Below, in pieces: positions 10,504 to 20,300 of a stretch of 64,000 bases of DNA (the first letter of the stretch is position 1; every line of letters starts with the position of its first letter). This DNA is from Reclinomonas americana ATCC 50394. Its lineage: Eukaryota. The translations under genes and the position numbers were made by a program. The notes under the pieces were generated by a model. The model was not told the origin of the DNA. It saw nothing but the letters and a program-made list of their open reading frames with translations, and made no database searches. The DNA is taken from positions 1,922,001 through 1,986,000 of the forward strand of contig PS015010.1 in assembly GCA_048213135.1 (NCBI GenBank), in the 5' to 3' direction.

Positions 10504-11079
10504 TCAGGATTTTAAAAAATTCAGTAAAAATTGTTCGCCAGTTTTCCCTGATTTTTCAGGATGAAATTGTGCACCATAAAAATTATCTTTTCTCAACACA
10601 GCACTGAAAGGGAGAATATAATCCGTAACCGCTACTGTATCGTTGCAACAGGAAGCATAATAGCTGTGAACGAAATAAAAAAAATCTTCATCACCGCCCT
10701 GCCCTTCTCCCACCGAAGGCTTCACCGTATTCCAGCCCACATGCGGCACTTTTTGTTCTGCTGACCTGAACCGTTTTACTCCCGTATCAAAAATGCCAAG
10801 CCCTTTACAATTGCCTTCTTCCGTTGATCTGCAAAGGAGTTGCATACCCAGGCAGATGCCTAAAACCGGCTGCCGCAATTCCCTGATCACCGTATCCAGC
10901 TTGTTATTTTGCAGGTACTCCATAGCCGCCGCGGCATGCCCCACTCCCGGGAAGATGACTTTATCGGCAGACCGCAACGATTCCGGGTTACCGGTTATTA
11001 CAGACGGCACACCCAGCCTGTTCAGCGCATGTTGCACACTGCAGGTATTCCCTTCTCCATATTCTATTATCGCTATCAT
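10504..11079 (-). CDS. hisH: Imidazole glycerol phosphate synthase glutaminase subunit
   Basis: FPGVG, GICLGMQ, VPHVGWN, YFVHSY, QFHPEKS motifs. Confidence 0.97.
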   Translation of the reverse strand: MIAIIEYGEGNTCSVQHALNRLGVPSVITGNPESLRSADKVIFPGVGHAAAAMEYLQNNKLDTVIRELRQPVLGICLGMQLLCRSTEEGNCKGLGIFDTGVKRFRSAEQKVPHVGWNTVKPSVGEGQGGDEDFFYFVHSYYASCCNDTVAVTDYILPFSAVLRKDNFYGAQFHPEKSGKTGEQFLLNFLKS

Positions 11080-11080
11080 T

Positions 11081-12220
11081 TTATAATATTCCTTTTGTGG
11101 TAGGCAGGTTGTTGTTGTCCCAATCCTTACGAATGGCCATTTTTATTGATCTCGCAAATGCTTTGAACACCGATTCAATTTTGTGGTGATCATTATCGCC
11201 CCAGGCTTTGATATCGATGTTACACCTGGCTGCATCACTGAATGACCGGAAGAAATGAACATACATATCTGTAGGCACATCACCTGTTTTCTCTTTTTTA
11301 AATTGCACCTCCCAGTTCAACCAGTTTCTTCCGCCAAAGTCAATGGCCACCTGTGCCAGGCAATCGTCCATCGGCAATAAAAAGCCATACCTTTCTATTC
11401 CCCGTTTATCGCCCAGCGCAATGGCGAATGCTTCACCCAGCGCAATGGCTATATCTTCGATGGTATGATGTTCATCAATATGAAGATCTCCCTCAGCAGA
11501 CAACACTATGTCTACTCCCGAATGACGGGCAAGCTGTTCCAGCATATGATCCAGGAAACCCAGACCGGTAGCGATGCTTGCCTTCCCTGTTCCGTCGAGA
11601 TCCAGTTTGATATCTATTTTCGTTTCATTTGTATAACGGCGATGAATAACCGATCTTTCTTTCCGCCGGAGATAATCCCAGATGTCTGACCAGTTGGTCG
11701 TTTCCAATTCAATCGTATTATTTTTCAGATCAGCGAGACTGTCATCAAGCAAAGCGGGATCATTATTCAGCCAGAGCCCTTTGCAGCCCAGGTTTTTCGC
11801 CAGCTGCATATCCGTAAGCCTGTCACCGATAACGAATGATGATGCGATGTCGTACTGTTCGTTATCCAGATAGTCTGTCAGCATAGCCGTGCCGGGCTTA
11901 CGTGTAGGGGCATTATCTGAAGGGTAGGTTTTATCGATGAAAACTTTGCTGAAGAAGATACCTTCCCCTTCAAGGCTTGTCATGACCAGTTCGTGCACCG
12001 GCCAGAAACTGTCTTCCGGAAAAGCAGCTGTTCCCAGCCCATCCTGGTTCGTCACCATTACCAGTTCATAATCCAACAGAGAACCTATCAGCCGCATGTA
12101 CCGGAACATTCCCGGGTAGAAAGCAAGCTTGGCAAAACTGTCGAGCTGGTAAGTGGGTGGAGCTTCTTTTATTAATGTTCCATCCCTGTCAATAAAGAGT
12201 AGCTTTTTTTTAGCGTTCAT
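11081..12220 (-). CDS. hisB: Bifunctional histidinol-phosphatase / imidazoleglycerol-phosphate dehydratase
   Basis: N-terminal HAD domain (FIDRDGT, TNQDG, RKP, IGDR) fused to IGPD (DHML, HHTIED, PMDD, HHKIES). Confidence 0.97.
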   Translation of the reverse strand: MNAKKKLLFIDRDGTLIKEAPPTYQLDSFAKLAFYPGMFRYMRLIGSLLDYELVMVTNQDGLGTAAFPEDSFWPVHELVMTSLEGEGIFFSKVFIDKTYPSDNAPTRKPGTAMLTDYLDNEQYDIASSFVIGDRLTDMQLAKNLGCKGLWLNNDPALLDDSLADLKNNTIELETTNWSDIWDYLRRKERSVIHRRYTNETKIDIKLDLDGTGKASIATGLGFLDHMLEQLARHSGVDIVLSAEGDLHIDEHHTIEDIAIALGEAFAIALGDKRGIERYGFLLPMDDCLAQVAIDFGGRNWLNWEVQFKKEKTGDVPTDMYVHFFRSFSDAARCNIDIKAWGDNDHHKIESVFKAFARSIKMAIRKDWDNNNLPTTKGIL

Positions 12221-13271
12221 ATGTCTGCAGGATTTTTATGAGTTGTTGATTTTGTGATGCTGTTCCGATGGTAATGCGAAGGCAATTTTCACACCCTGTT
12301 TCCCGGTTCCTGTTGCGCACTACTATTCCTTTATCGCAGAGATAACGGTAAAGCTGGTCCGCGTCATTTACTTTAACCAGCAGGAAATTGGCGTTGGAAG
12401 GAAATACCTGCCGGACAAAAGGCAGTACAGTCAATTGCCGGGCAACTATTTCCCGCTGTTCAATAACGGCACCGATATCATTGCGGATGTAACCGGTATT
12501 TTCCAATGCTTCCAGCGCTGCCTGCTGCGATGCACCGCTGATATTATAAGGCGGCTTCACTTTGTTAAAAAGGCTGATGATATTTTCCGATGCAAAAGCC
12601 ATACCCAGCCGCAATGCCGCCATACCCCAGGCTTTTGATAAAGTTTGTAAGATCACCAGGTTGGGGTACTGCCCGAGGCCGGAGAGCCTGCTGCTGCCGG
12701 GTGAAAAATCCGCATAGGCCTCATCGATCACAACAATACCCGGGAAATTCCTGAGCAGGAAATCCATATCTTCCCCGGGCATATTATTACCGGTAGGATT
12801 ATTGGGTGAACACAGGAATAACAATTTTACACCTGCTTCCGCAGCTTGCATGATGCCCGCTGTATCAGGCCGGAACCCGCTGAGCAGCGGTACTTCAACT
12901 ACTTCCACATTATTGATCCGGGCACATACTCCGTACATTCCATACGTCGGCGGACAAATCATCACTTTATCCTGCCCGGGCTCACAGAAAATACGAAAGA
13001 GCAGATCAATCGCCTCATCACTGCCGTTACCGATGAACACCTGGCCGGCGGACACTTGCTTCAGTTCCTTTATCTTTTCTTTCAGTTGAGATTGCATTGG
13101 ATCCGGGTACCGTGCATAGCTGTTCTCACCGGCCTTTTCAGCAAAAGCATTTTCATTCGCATCCAGGAAAAGGGAAGCTGTACCAGTGAATTCACTTCTT
13201 GCCGAACTGTATGGCTCCAGTTGAAGAATATTTTTCCTGGCCAGCGCCAGCACATCTTTTATCATGTTCAT
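12210..13271 (-). CDS. hisC: Histidinol-phosphate aminotransferase
   Basis: LDANEN, YPDP, GNGSDE, CSPNNPTG, DEAY, TLSKAWG motifs; ATG overlaps the hisD stop (TGATG). Confidence 0.96.
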   Translation of the reverse strand: MNMIKDVLALARKNILQLEPYSSARSEFTGTASLFLDANENAFAEKAGENSYARYPDPMQSQLKEKIKELKQVSAGQVFIGNGSDEAIDLLFRIFCEPGQDKVMICPPTYGMYGVCARINNVEVVEVPLLSGFRPDTAGIMQAAEAGVKLLFLCSPNNPTGNNMPGEDMDFLLRNFPGIVVIDEAYADFSPGSSRLSGLGQYPNLVILQTLSKAWGMAALRLGMAFASENIISLFNKVKPPYNISGASQQAALEALENTGYIRNDIGAVIEQREIVARQLTVLPFVRQVFPSNANFLLVKVNDADQLYRYLCDKGIVVRNRNRETGCENCLRITIGTASQNQQLIKILQTYER

Positions 13272-14557
13272 CAATTGAATGAGTTTAACCTTATACTTAC
13301 CGCTTTGGCATGCGCCTCCAATCCTTCGGCAATGGCCATCTGCTGAACTGCATCGCCAATAGCGGCAAGCCCTGCTTTACTGATCTGCTGAAAACTGACC
13401 GTTTTCATAAAACTGTCAACAGATATCCCGCTCACCGTTCTTGCCGTACCGCCTGTTGGCAGTGTATGGTTCGTTCCTGAAGCGTAGTCTCCCGCGCTTT
13501 CCGGGCTGTAATGCCCCAGGAATACCGATCCGGCATTGATCACTTTCGCCGCCAGTTCATCAGCATTATCCGCCGCAATGATAAGATGCTCCGGCGCATA
13601 GGCATTGAGCAACGTAAAAGCAGCTCCTGCATCATTGATCACAACCGCCTTACTGTTACGCAGGGCTTCGCGGGCAACGGCAGATCTTGACAACAGGGGT
13701 AATTGTTTTTCGAGCGCCTGTAAAACTTCACGGGCTATATGTTCTTCCGGTGTAACCAGCAATACCTGGCTGTCGGCACCATGTTCCGCCTGGCTGAGCA
13801 GGTCGGCTGCCACAAAACCCGGGTCTGCTGCCGCATCCGCGTAAACGGCTACTTCACTGGGACCGGCCAGCATATCGATGGCAATACCCTGCTGGTTCAC
13901 TAAGCGCTTTGCTTCCGTAACATAGGCATTGCCGGGGCCGAATATTTTATCTACTGCCGGTATACTTTCTGTTCCGTAAGCCATTGCGGCAATGGCCTGC
14001 GCACCGCCAACAGCAAATACACAGTCAATACCCATCAGACCTGCCACATACAGTACTAACGTATTGGGATAGCCGCTTTTTCCGGCGGGACTGCATATAC
14101 TTACCTGGCTGCAACCCGCCAGCTTTGCCGGAATACCCAGCATCAGGAGTGTAGAGAACAAAGGCGCTGTTCCCCCGGGTATGTATAACCCTGCCGAAGA
14201 AATGGGAATTGATCTCCTCCAGCAGGTGACGCCAGGCCGTGTGTTGATCCGTTCTTCGCCGCGAAGCTGCGCTTTGTGAAAAGCTGTGATATTTTCAAAC
14301 GCCAGGCCGATCGATTCTTTCAGTAATGTACTCACCTGCGACGAAGCGGCAGCGATCACTTCCTTAGGAACAAGAAACGAAGCGGGACTAACGCCATCAA
14401 AACGTTCCGTATACCTGCGCAGGGCTTCGTCACCGTTCGTCTGTATATCCCGGAGTATACCGGATACCGTTGCTGTTATCCCCTGGTCAGCAGGGGCCGG
14501 CCGTTGCAGGAGGTCTCTCCATGATTGTTGTGCCGGTTCAATTATCAGTTGCATCAT
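13271..14557 (-). CDS. hisD: Histidinol dehydrogenase
   Basis: GLYIPGG, GGAQAIAA, GPGNAYV, AGPSE, SQAEH, APEHL, GDYASGTNHTLPT motifs. Confidence 0.97.
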   Translation of the reverse strand: MMQLIIEPAQQSWRDLLQRPAPADQGITATVSGILRDIQTNGDEALRRYTERFDGVSPASFLVPKEVIAAASSQVSTLLKESIGLAFENITAFHKAQLRGEERINTRPGVTCWRRSIPISSAGLYIPGGTAPLFSTLLMLGIPAKLAGCSQVSICSPAGKSGYPNTLVLYVAGLMGIDCVFAVGGAQAIAAMAYGTESIPAVDKIFGPGNAYVTEAKRLVNQQGIAIDMLAGPSEVAVYADAAADPGFVAADLLSQAEHGADSQVLLVTPEEHIAREVLQALEKQLPLLSRSAVAREALRNSKAVVINDAGAAFTLLNAYAPEHLIIAADNADELAAKVINAGSVFLGHYSPESAGDYASGTNHTLPTGGTARTVSGISVDSFMKTVSFQQISKAGLAAIGDAVQQMAIAEGLEAHAKAVSIRLNSFN

Positions 14558-14558
14558 A

Positions 14559-15410
14559 TCAGGCGATCATTTTTTCGATGGGTACTACCAGTATCCCTTC
14601 GGCTTCAAAATTTTTTAACTTTTCAATCACTTCCCAAAAATCGTTTTCATTCACCACGCTCTGAACACTGCTCCAGCCGGGCTCTGCCAGCGGAACAATG
14701 GTTGGGCTTTTCATGCCGGGCAGCACGGAAGCGATATTGTCCAATTGGTAATCGGGTGCGTTGAGTAAAATATATTTCTTGCTGGCGGCGGCTTTTACCG
14801 CCCTTATGCGCATCAGCAATTTATCCAGCACCTGCTTTTTCTCTTCATTCAATGCCGCATTCCCGATCAGTACCGCTTCCGACTGCAGCACCTGCTCCAC
14901 TTCGCGGAGCCCATTGGTAAAAAGGGTGCTGCCGCTGCTGACGAGGTCGCAGATGGCATCGGCAAGACCAATACCAGGCGCTATTTCTACCGATCCACTG
15001 ATCTCATGTATTTCCGCATTTACCTGGCTGGCTTTCAGAAAACGCGTGAGCAATACCGGGTAGGAAGTGGCTATGCGTATACCTTCCAGGTCCTTTACTT
15101 CCCTGTAATCCTTATCCTTGGGCAGCGCAATGCTCAGCCTGCACTTTCCGAAACCCAGTCTTTGCAGAACAGGTATCTCCTTCCCTTTTTCGAGCAGCAC
15201 ATTTTCGCCTACGATCCCCGTATCCACAACGGCGTCGTACACATACTGCGGAATATCATCGTCCCGGAGAAAGTAAACCTCCAGCGGAAAATTCCCCGCT
15301 GTTACCCGCAGTTCCTTATTCCCGTTGGGAATATCGATACCGCATTCCTTCAGCAACCGCATTGAATTTTCATACAGTCTTCCAGATTTTTGAACCGCGA
15401 TCCTTAGCAT
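14559..15410 (-). CDS. hisG: ATP phosphoribosyltransferase (long form)
   Basis: QKSGRL, RDDDIP, IATSYP, GSVEIAP, DLVSSGSTL, PGMKSPT motifs. Confidence 0.97.
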   Translation of the reverse strand: MLRIAVQKSGRLYENSMRLLKECGIDIPNGNKELRVTAGNFPLEVYFLRDDDIPQYVYDAVVDTGIVGENVLLEKGKEIPVLQRLGFGKCRLSIALPKDKDYREVKDLEGIRIATSYPVLLTRFLKASQVNAEIHEISGSVEIAPGIGLADAICDLVSSGSTLFTNGLREVEQVLQSEAVLIGNAALNEEKKQVLDKLLMRIRAVKAAASKKYILLNAPDYQLDNIASVLPGMKSPTIVPLAEPGWSSVQSVVNENDFWEVIEKLKNFEAEGILVVPIEKMIA

Positions 15411-15429
15411 AACAATGATTGAGTGGGTG

Positions 15430-15461
15430 AAAAAAAAAAGGGCTTACCGAAGTAAGCCCTT
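15430..15461 (-). terminator. his attenuator terminator hairpin
   Basis: AAGGGCTTAC-TTCG-GTAAGCCC followed by T10, ending 19 bp before the hisG ATG; perfect stem with a cUUCGg loop. Confidence 0.9.
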
Positions 15462-15488
15462 GATTAAAATATGGTCGTTATCCATACA

Positions 15489-15548
15489 TCAATTCAGCCT
15501 ACCTGGAGGTAAGTGTGCGTGATGATGTGTATGGATGAATTGTTTCAT
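15489..15548 (-). CDS. hisL: His operon leader peptide MKQFIHTHHHAHLPPGRLN
   Basis: 19-aa ORF with 5 His in 7 codons just upstream of the terminator. ATCCATACA in the His codons can pair with TGTATGGAT at/after the stop. Absent from the ORF track. Confidence 0.88.
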   Translation of the reverse strand: MKQFIHTHHHAHLPPGRLN

Positions 15549-15624
15549 TTTCTGGAGCAAAGAAAACAATGTTTATTAAAATAGCCAAATAAAAATTGAT
15601 AGTAGTACACCAGTTTCATTTTTG

Positions 15625-15688
15625 GTCATTCCGACGCGGGCGGAATCTCATTTCTGTGATGAGAGATACCTCGTTACCCCGGTATGAC
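15625..15688. repeat. REP-like imperfect palindrome
   Basis: GTCATTCCG..GGAATCTC-spacer-GAGATACC..CGGTATGAC, with one mismatch in each arm segment. Resembles GTCATTCCG-type interspersed palindromes of Bacteroidota (recalled, not searched). Confidence 0.65.
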
Positions 15689-15880
15689 ACAAAGGAACAC
15701 CCATTTATTGCCTTGCTCATCTTCCGCGATCCCATGCAATTCATTGCTCGGGAATCGCCAGTTGCCCTGGAAAGGTTCGATGGGAAACTGTGCAAGTACC
15801 TGTTCGGCTAACAGCAATGCAACAATCAGCAGGAATTTACAGGGAGAAAAAAGGGAATAACTATGGAGTCGCCGGTACAT
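15674..15880 (-). pseudogene. Truncated remnant of a secreted beta-propeller (Reg_prop-type) sensor
   Basis: Signal peptide (FLLIVALLLAEQVLAQ) plus one Reg_prop-like blade FPSNELHGIAEDEQGNKWV; the frame stops inside the REP arm. Confidence 0.5.
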
Positions 15881-16080
15881 GGTCAGGAGTAATTCAGGAT
15901 CATAAACATAAGAAAGTTATTGTTATCGCCATTACAGGCAATGAAATCCACTGCCGGTAGGGTAAAATTTGCACAACTGTGACGGGCATTCCACTATTAC
16001 AGCTACCCGGGTTCAACATATACCTTCAATTATATCTGGAACGCTCTTTGTTCCTTTTTAAGTAAAACAAGGAGGTAGTT

Positions 16081-16665
16081 ATGAAACCGATACAAATTAT
16101 ATCCGCTGCCATTTTCAGTGTTCTTGTAATAGCCGGTTGTTCCGCACCAGTACATGTTCAAAAAGACGACAATGTTAACCTGTCCAGTTATAAGACCTAT
16201 TCCTGGGTAGACACCCGGTACAGTGAAAATGACAACAGTAAACGTCCGCCTGCTTATGCCGATATCAGCGTTCGCAATGCTGCGAATGCCGAACTGCAAA
16301 AAGCAGGATGGAGAGAAGTATCAGATAACGCGGATGCGTATATCAGTTATGATGTAATGGTAGAACGCAACACCGCAAGGCAGTCTGACCCCGTTTATTC
16401 CCAGTCTTTTACCCGCACCTATTACAACCCGCGATTAAGGAGGTGGAGCACGATCTATTACCCATCGCAATTCCTGGGTTACAACAGTTATGATGTGCCC
16501 ATCCGTGAAGGCACGATTACGATAACGATCACAGATGCTAACACAGACAAGGTGATCTGGCAGGCATGGACAACCGATGAGTTGAATTATTCAAGGATCA
16601 CATCGGAGGAAATACAGTCAAGCGTAAAGAATATCTTCAGCAAGTTTGACGTAGCCTCCAGGTAA
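16081..16665 (+). CDS. DUF4136-like lipoprotein
   Basis: Lipobox IAGC; YKTYSW, EGTITITITD and VIWQAW motifs. Confidence 0.8.
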   Translation: MKPIQIISAAIFSVLVIAGCSAPVHVQKDDNVNLSSYKTYSWVDTRYSENDNSKRPPAYADISVRNAANAELQKAGWREVSDNADAYISYDVMVERNTARQSDPVYSQSFTRTYYNPRLRRWSTIYYPSQFLGYNSYDVPIREGTITITITDANTDKVIWQAWTTDELNYSRITSEEIQSSVKNIFSKFDVASR

Positions 16666-16690
16666 ACGCAGTCATTTTCATACACAGCAT

Positions 16691-16722
16691 AAAGCCGGTT
16701 CGGATGGGTCCGACCGGCTTTT
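16691..16722 (+). terminator. Intrinsic terminator after DUF4136
   Basis: AAAGCCGG(T)TCGGA-TGGG-TCCGACCGGCTTTT hairpin. Confidence 0.75.
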
Positions 16723-16766
16723 ATGTTGCTCAAACCGCCCCTGACCGTTCATTTCCGGCAATTTCC

Positions 16767-16792
16767 CGCAACCGTTACCGGAACCGTTGCCG
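16767..16792. promoter_or_regulatory. Tandem pseudo-palindromic operator candidates (CGCAACCGTTACCG / CGGAACCGTTGCCG)
   Basis: Two overlapping 14-mers at 12-bp period upstream of the second PL6 gene; central AACCGTT resembles LacI-family operators. Confidence 0.4.
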
Positions 16793-17035
16793 CTTTGAAA
16801 TATTACAATATACAGGGCTGTAGCACCTGCTTTATTGAACAGCATCGCCTGACAACGGCAATATTTTCAAAATCATCTAAGTCCCTGTTACGGTCCTCAC
16901 TGTACCGAATACGGTAATTTCCTTCCTGCAATTGCTTGCTATGCTCATGCGAATCCCTCCTGCCCGTACCCGGGGCCTTCCTCCACGCACCAGTGACCAG
17001 TTGTTACATGACTTCAAAAACTAAAAAAGTACAAC

Positions 17036-20000
17036 ATGCTCCTGCGTTCACTTATCCTGGTTTGTCTTTCTGTAACATCATTTATTGGCAGTTATGGCCA
17101 GACAGCCATACAGACTTCCTTTGAAACCGCACAGGGATATACCACCGGTAATCTTCATAACCAGAACGGCTGGACGCTGACAACCGGTACGGCAGCAGTG
17201 AGTACAGCTAAGGTCCATACCGGCACACAATCCATTAACCTGTCAGCCAGCGGAACAGCCCTGCTGCTGAACCATATAGCTTACAGTGGTACTGTGCCTG
17301 GCATCACGGGGGAAGTATATGCCGACTTTTGGGTGAACCCCTCCAGCTTTACCACCAAAGGCATATCCATCAATGGGTATGACCTGTATGGAGGAAGTGC
17401 CAAACGCATTTTTGTTATTGAATTTGGAACAGATAATAATATCAAAGCCTACAACGGTTCTTCGGCTGTTAATGTAACACCCTACACCTTTAACCAGTGG
17501 GTTCGTATTTCCATTAAGATGGACTTTGCAACAGAAAAATATAAGGTAGCCGTGAATGGCAATGTGTTTGCCACGGAGATGGCTTTCCGCGAAACCTATA
17601 CGCCTACTGCCAGCGGTACCCGCCAGGCCGGTATTAAAGAATTTCACTCACTCCGCTTTAATCACAGCAATGATACGCAGATGGCAACAACAGATGCCGC
17701 TTTCGATGACATCTATGTAGGTACTGCAGCCATACCGGATGTCGTATTTGGCGCTTCCTCCAATATACGCACCATCACGGTTACACAACCGCAGTATGGC
17801 AGCATCGCGTTATCGCCAGGCGCTCCTTATACCGTGGGACAAACCGTAACCGCTACCCTTACCCTGCCGCAGGGATATATGAACAATGGCTGGACAGGCG
17901 ATCTTTCAGGTACCGAACTGGTGAAAGTATTCACAGTGAATAACAATATGACCATTGGGGCCAGCACCGGCATCGACATCAGTAACCCGCCTCCCCAGCA
18001 CCTGGTCAGCGTTACACAGCCTGCCAACGGAAGCATTACCCTGTCCCCCGCCTCCGCCGATGGTATGTACTACCAGGAAACGCAGGTAACCGCAACCGTT
18101 AGTTTTGAAGCCTGTTACCAGTTCAACGGCTGGACAGGTTCCCTCTCTGGTACGCAGCTTACCAAAACCTTTACCATACAGGGGCCGATGACAATTGGCG
18201 CCGACATCAGCTTCAACAATACACCCGCCACCAAACGCAGCGTAACAACTGTTACTGAATTTAAGAACGCGCTGGCCGCTATGAACCCCGGAGATACTGT
18301 TGAAGTGGAAAACGGGACTTATAACCTCAGCAGCCTCAGCATTACACGGTCGGGCTGTGCCGCAAGGCCGATCGTGATCATGGCTAAAAATAAAGGGCAG
18401 GCTATCCTGAATGGCGCTACCGCGCTGGTTTTGAAAAATCTGAAATACACTACCCTGAAAGGATTCGCCTTCCAGAGCAGCAGCATCGGCACAGGCATCA
18501 AACTGGAAAATTGCAGTAAAGTACGTATCACAGAGAATAGTTTCGCCATCACGGAGACCAGTTCCTGCACCTGGGTATATATCGGCGATACATTTGGCAG
18601 CACCGACCCGCTGAAGAGTGGTTACAACCGTGTTGACCACAATACTTTTGACGGCAAGACACAAGCGGGCAACTACATCCGCATGGATGGTAATATCGAC
18701 CAGCAGAGCCGCTATGACACCATTGACCACAATCATTTTAAAAACAATGGTCCCAGGGCCGATAATGAAAAAGAGAGTATACGCGTTGGTGTGAGTACCC
18801 TGTCAAAAAGCAGTGGTTTTACCATTATCGAGTACAACCTGTTTGAAGACTGCGACGGCGACCCCGAGATCGTGTCCATCAAATCCTGCGACAATATCGT
18901 TCGTTACAATACGTTTGTACGTTGCCTTGGTACACTCTGTCTGCGCCAGGGTTTCCGCAGCGTAGTAGAAGGAAACTACTTCTTCGGAGATAATAAGACG
19001 GCCGTATTCAATGGCGGCACCATCGGGTGTGGCGGTGTACGTGTGTATGCGAAAGATCATAAGATCATCAATAACTATTTCCAGGGATTGACCGGCGCCA
19101 AATGGGACGCGGCCATTACCATTACCAATGGCGATGTGAACAACAACTCCGCCAGCCTCGCGGATCACTACCTGCCCGAGAACCTCGTAGTAGCTTTCAA
19201 TACGATGGTCAACAACAAATCCAATATCGAGATCGGGTTTGACAACAACGGCAATTATCCTTTATACCCGATCAACTGCCTTATTACAAACAATATTGTA
19301 TCAGAGAATACCACGCCCATCATTAAATCTTACAGCAGTTCCGCGCTGGCCGGCGTTGCATTCGCCAATAATATCATGTACCCCACTGGTACTTCATCGC
19401 TGGGTATCACCGCCAGCAGCAGTCAGGTTACCATTGCTGATCCTAAACTGGTGCAACCGTCCTGTATAGCACCTGCGGATTGCGCCGGCAGTAATGCTTA
19501 CCGCGTATTACGCCTGAGCGCTGCCAGCCCGGCCGTCAACAATTCCACCGGCAGTTATGCCGACGTAGTGCTTGACAATGAAAAACAGGTGCGCAGCGGT
19601 ATTAAAGACATAGGTGCAGATGAGTTCATTCCCGGGTCACCTGTTGTGGTAAACTACACCGCTATGGATGCCACTCATGTTGGACCCAATGCCATCGACC
19701 AGGAATACAGCTACCTGCTGTCGGGCGCACTGGCAGTACAATGGCTGCAATTCAGTGCCGTACTCAAACAAGGCGCTTCACACCTGCAATGGAAAGTAAA
19801 CGAAGACGATAAAACAAAAGAATATGTAATTGAATGGTCGGCAGATGGCATACAATTTTCCGCCCTGGGTATGGTGACTGCGGGTGGTATCTCCGGCACG
19901 GCACGATCATACGAATATATACATGCCCGGCCTGTTACCGGTAAAAATTATTACCGCGTCAGGTCGGCAGACAGGAATGGCGCCAGCAGTCTCTCTTCCA

Positions 20001-20272
20001 TAGTTGTGGTGGATGTACAGAACGGCATCACCGTGAGTGCTTATCCTAACCCCGCGAAAGAAAGCATCGTTGTGAAGTTTTTCGGGTTACCGGCAGCAGG
20101 CGCCAGCATCAGGCTCATCAACAGCCAGGGCCTGGTGGTAAAGACCATACACAATTTATCCGCCGGTTCCGTTGCCATCCCGATAACAGACCTTTCCGCA
20201 GGTATCTACCAACTGGAGATATGGAGATCGGGGCAGAAAATATTCAGCCAACGTCAGTTGATCACACATTAA
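17036..20272 (+). CDS. Multidomain PL6 (chondroitinase B-like) lyase with T9SS type A C-terminal sorting domain
   Basis: Signal peptide ending in GQ; jelly-roll-like N-domain; two InlB-B-like repeats (GY-F-GWTG-LSG); PL6 core (PGDTVEV, EKESIRVG, EIVSIKS, LRQG, DIGADE); LAVQWLQFSA linker plus YPNP..L-AGIY-L tail. Confidence 0.87.
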   Translation: MLLRSLILVCLSVTSFIGSYGQTAIQTSFETAQGYTTGNLHNQNGWTLTTGTAAVSTAKVHTGTQSINLSASGTALLLNHIAYSGTVPGITGEVYADFWVNPSSFTTKGISINGYDLYGGSAKRIFVIEFGTDNNIKAYNGSSAVNVTPYTFNQWVRISIKMDFATEKYKVAVNGNVFATEMAFRETYTPTASGTRQAGIKEFHSLRFNHSNDTQMATTDAAFDDIYVGTAAIPDVVFGASSNIRTITVTQPQYGSIALSPGAPYTVGQTVTATLTLPQGYMNNGWTGDLSGTELVKVFTVNNNMTIGASTGIDISNPPPQHLVSVTQPANGSITLSPASADGMYYQETQVTATVSFEACYQFNGWTGSLSGTQLTKTFTIQGPMTIGADISFNNTPATKRSVTTVTEFKNALAAMNPGDTVEVENGTYNLSSLSITRSGCAARPIVIMAKNKGQAILNGATALVLKNLKYTTLKGFAFQSSSIGTGIKLENCSKVRITENSFAITETSSCTWVYIGDTFGSTDPLKSGYNRVDHNTFDGKTQAGNYIRMDGNIDQQSRYDTIDHNHFKNNGPRADNEKESIRVGVSTLSKSSGFTIIEYNLFEDCDGDPEIVSIKSCDNIVRYNTFVRCLGTLCLRQGFRSVVEGNYFFGDNKTAVFNGGTIGCGGVRVYAKDHKIINNYFQGLTGAKWDAAITITNGDVNNNSASLADHYLPENLVVAFNTMVNNKSNIEIGFDNNGNYPLYPINCLITNNIVSENTTPIIKSYSSSALAGVAFANNIMYPTGTSSLGITASSSQVTIADPKLVQPSCIAPADCAGSNAYRVLRLSAASPAVNNSTGSYADVVLDNEKQVRSGIKDIGADEFIPGSPVVVNYTAMDATHVGPNAIDQEYSYLLSGALAVQWLQFSAVLKQGASHLQWKVNEDDKTKEYVIEWSADGIQFSALGMVTAGGISGTARSYEYIHARPVTGKNYYRVRSADRNGASSLSSIVVVDVQNGITVSAYPNPAKESIVVKFFGLPAAGASIRLINSQGLVVKTIHNLSAGSVAIPITDLSAGIYQLEIWRSGQKIFSQRQLITH

Positions 20273-20300
20273 TACCAATACAGTTATCAAAACATCCAGC

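Noticed and set aside
1606-18889. Identical 24-mer GAGATCGTGTCCATCAAATCCTGC at 1606-1629 and 18866-18889
   Set aside because: Encodes the conserved catalytic EIVSIKSC motif of both PL6 genes; protein constraint plus codon bias is a sufficient explanation.
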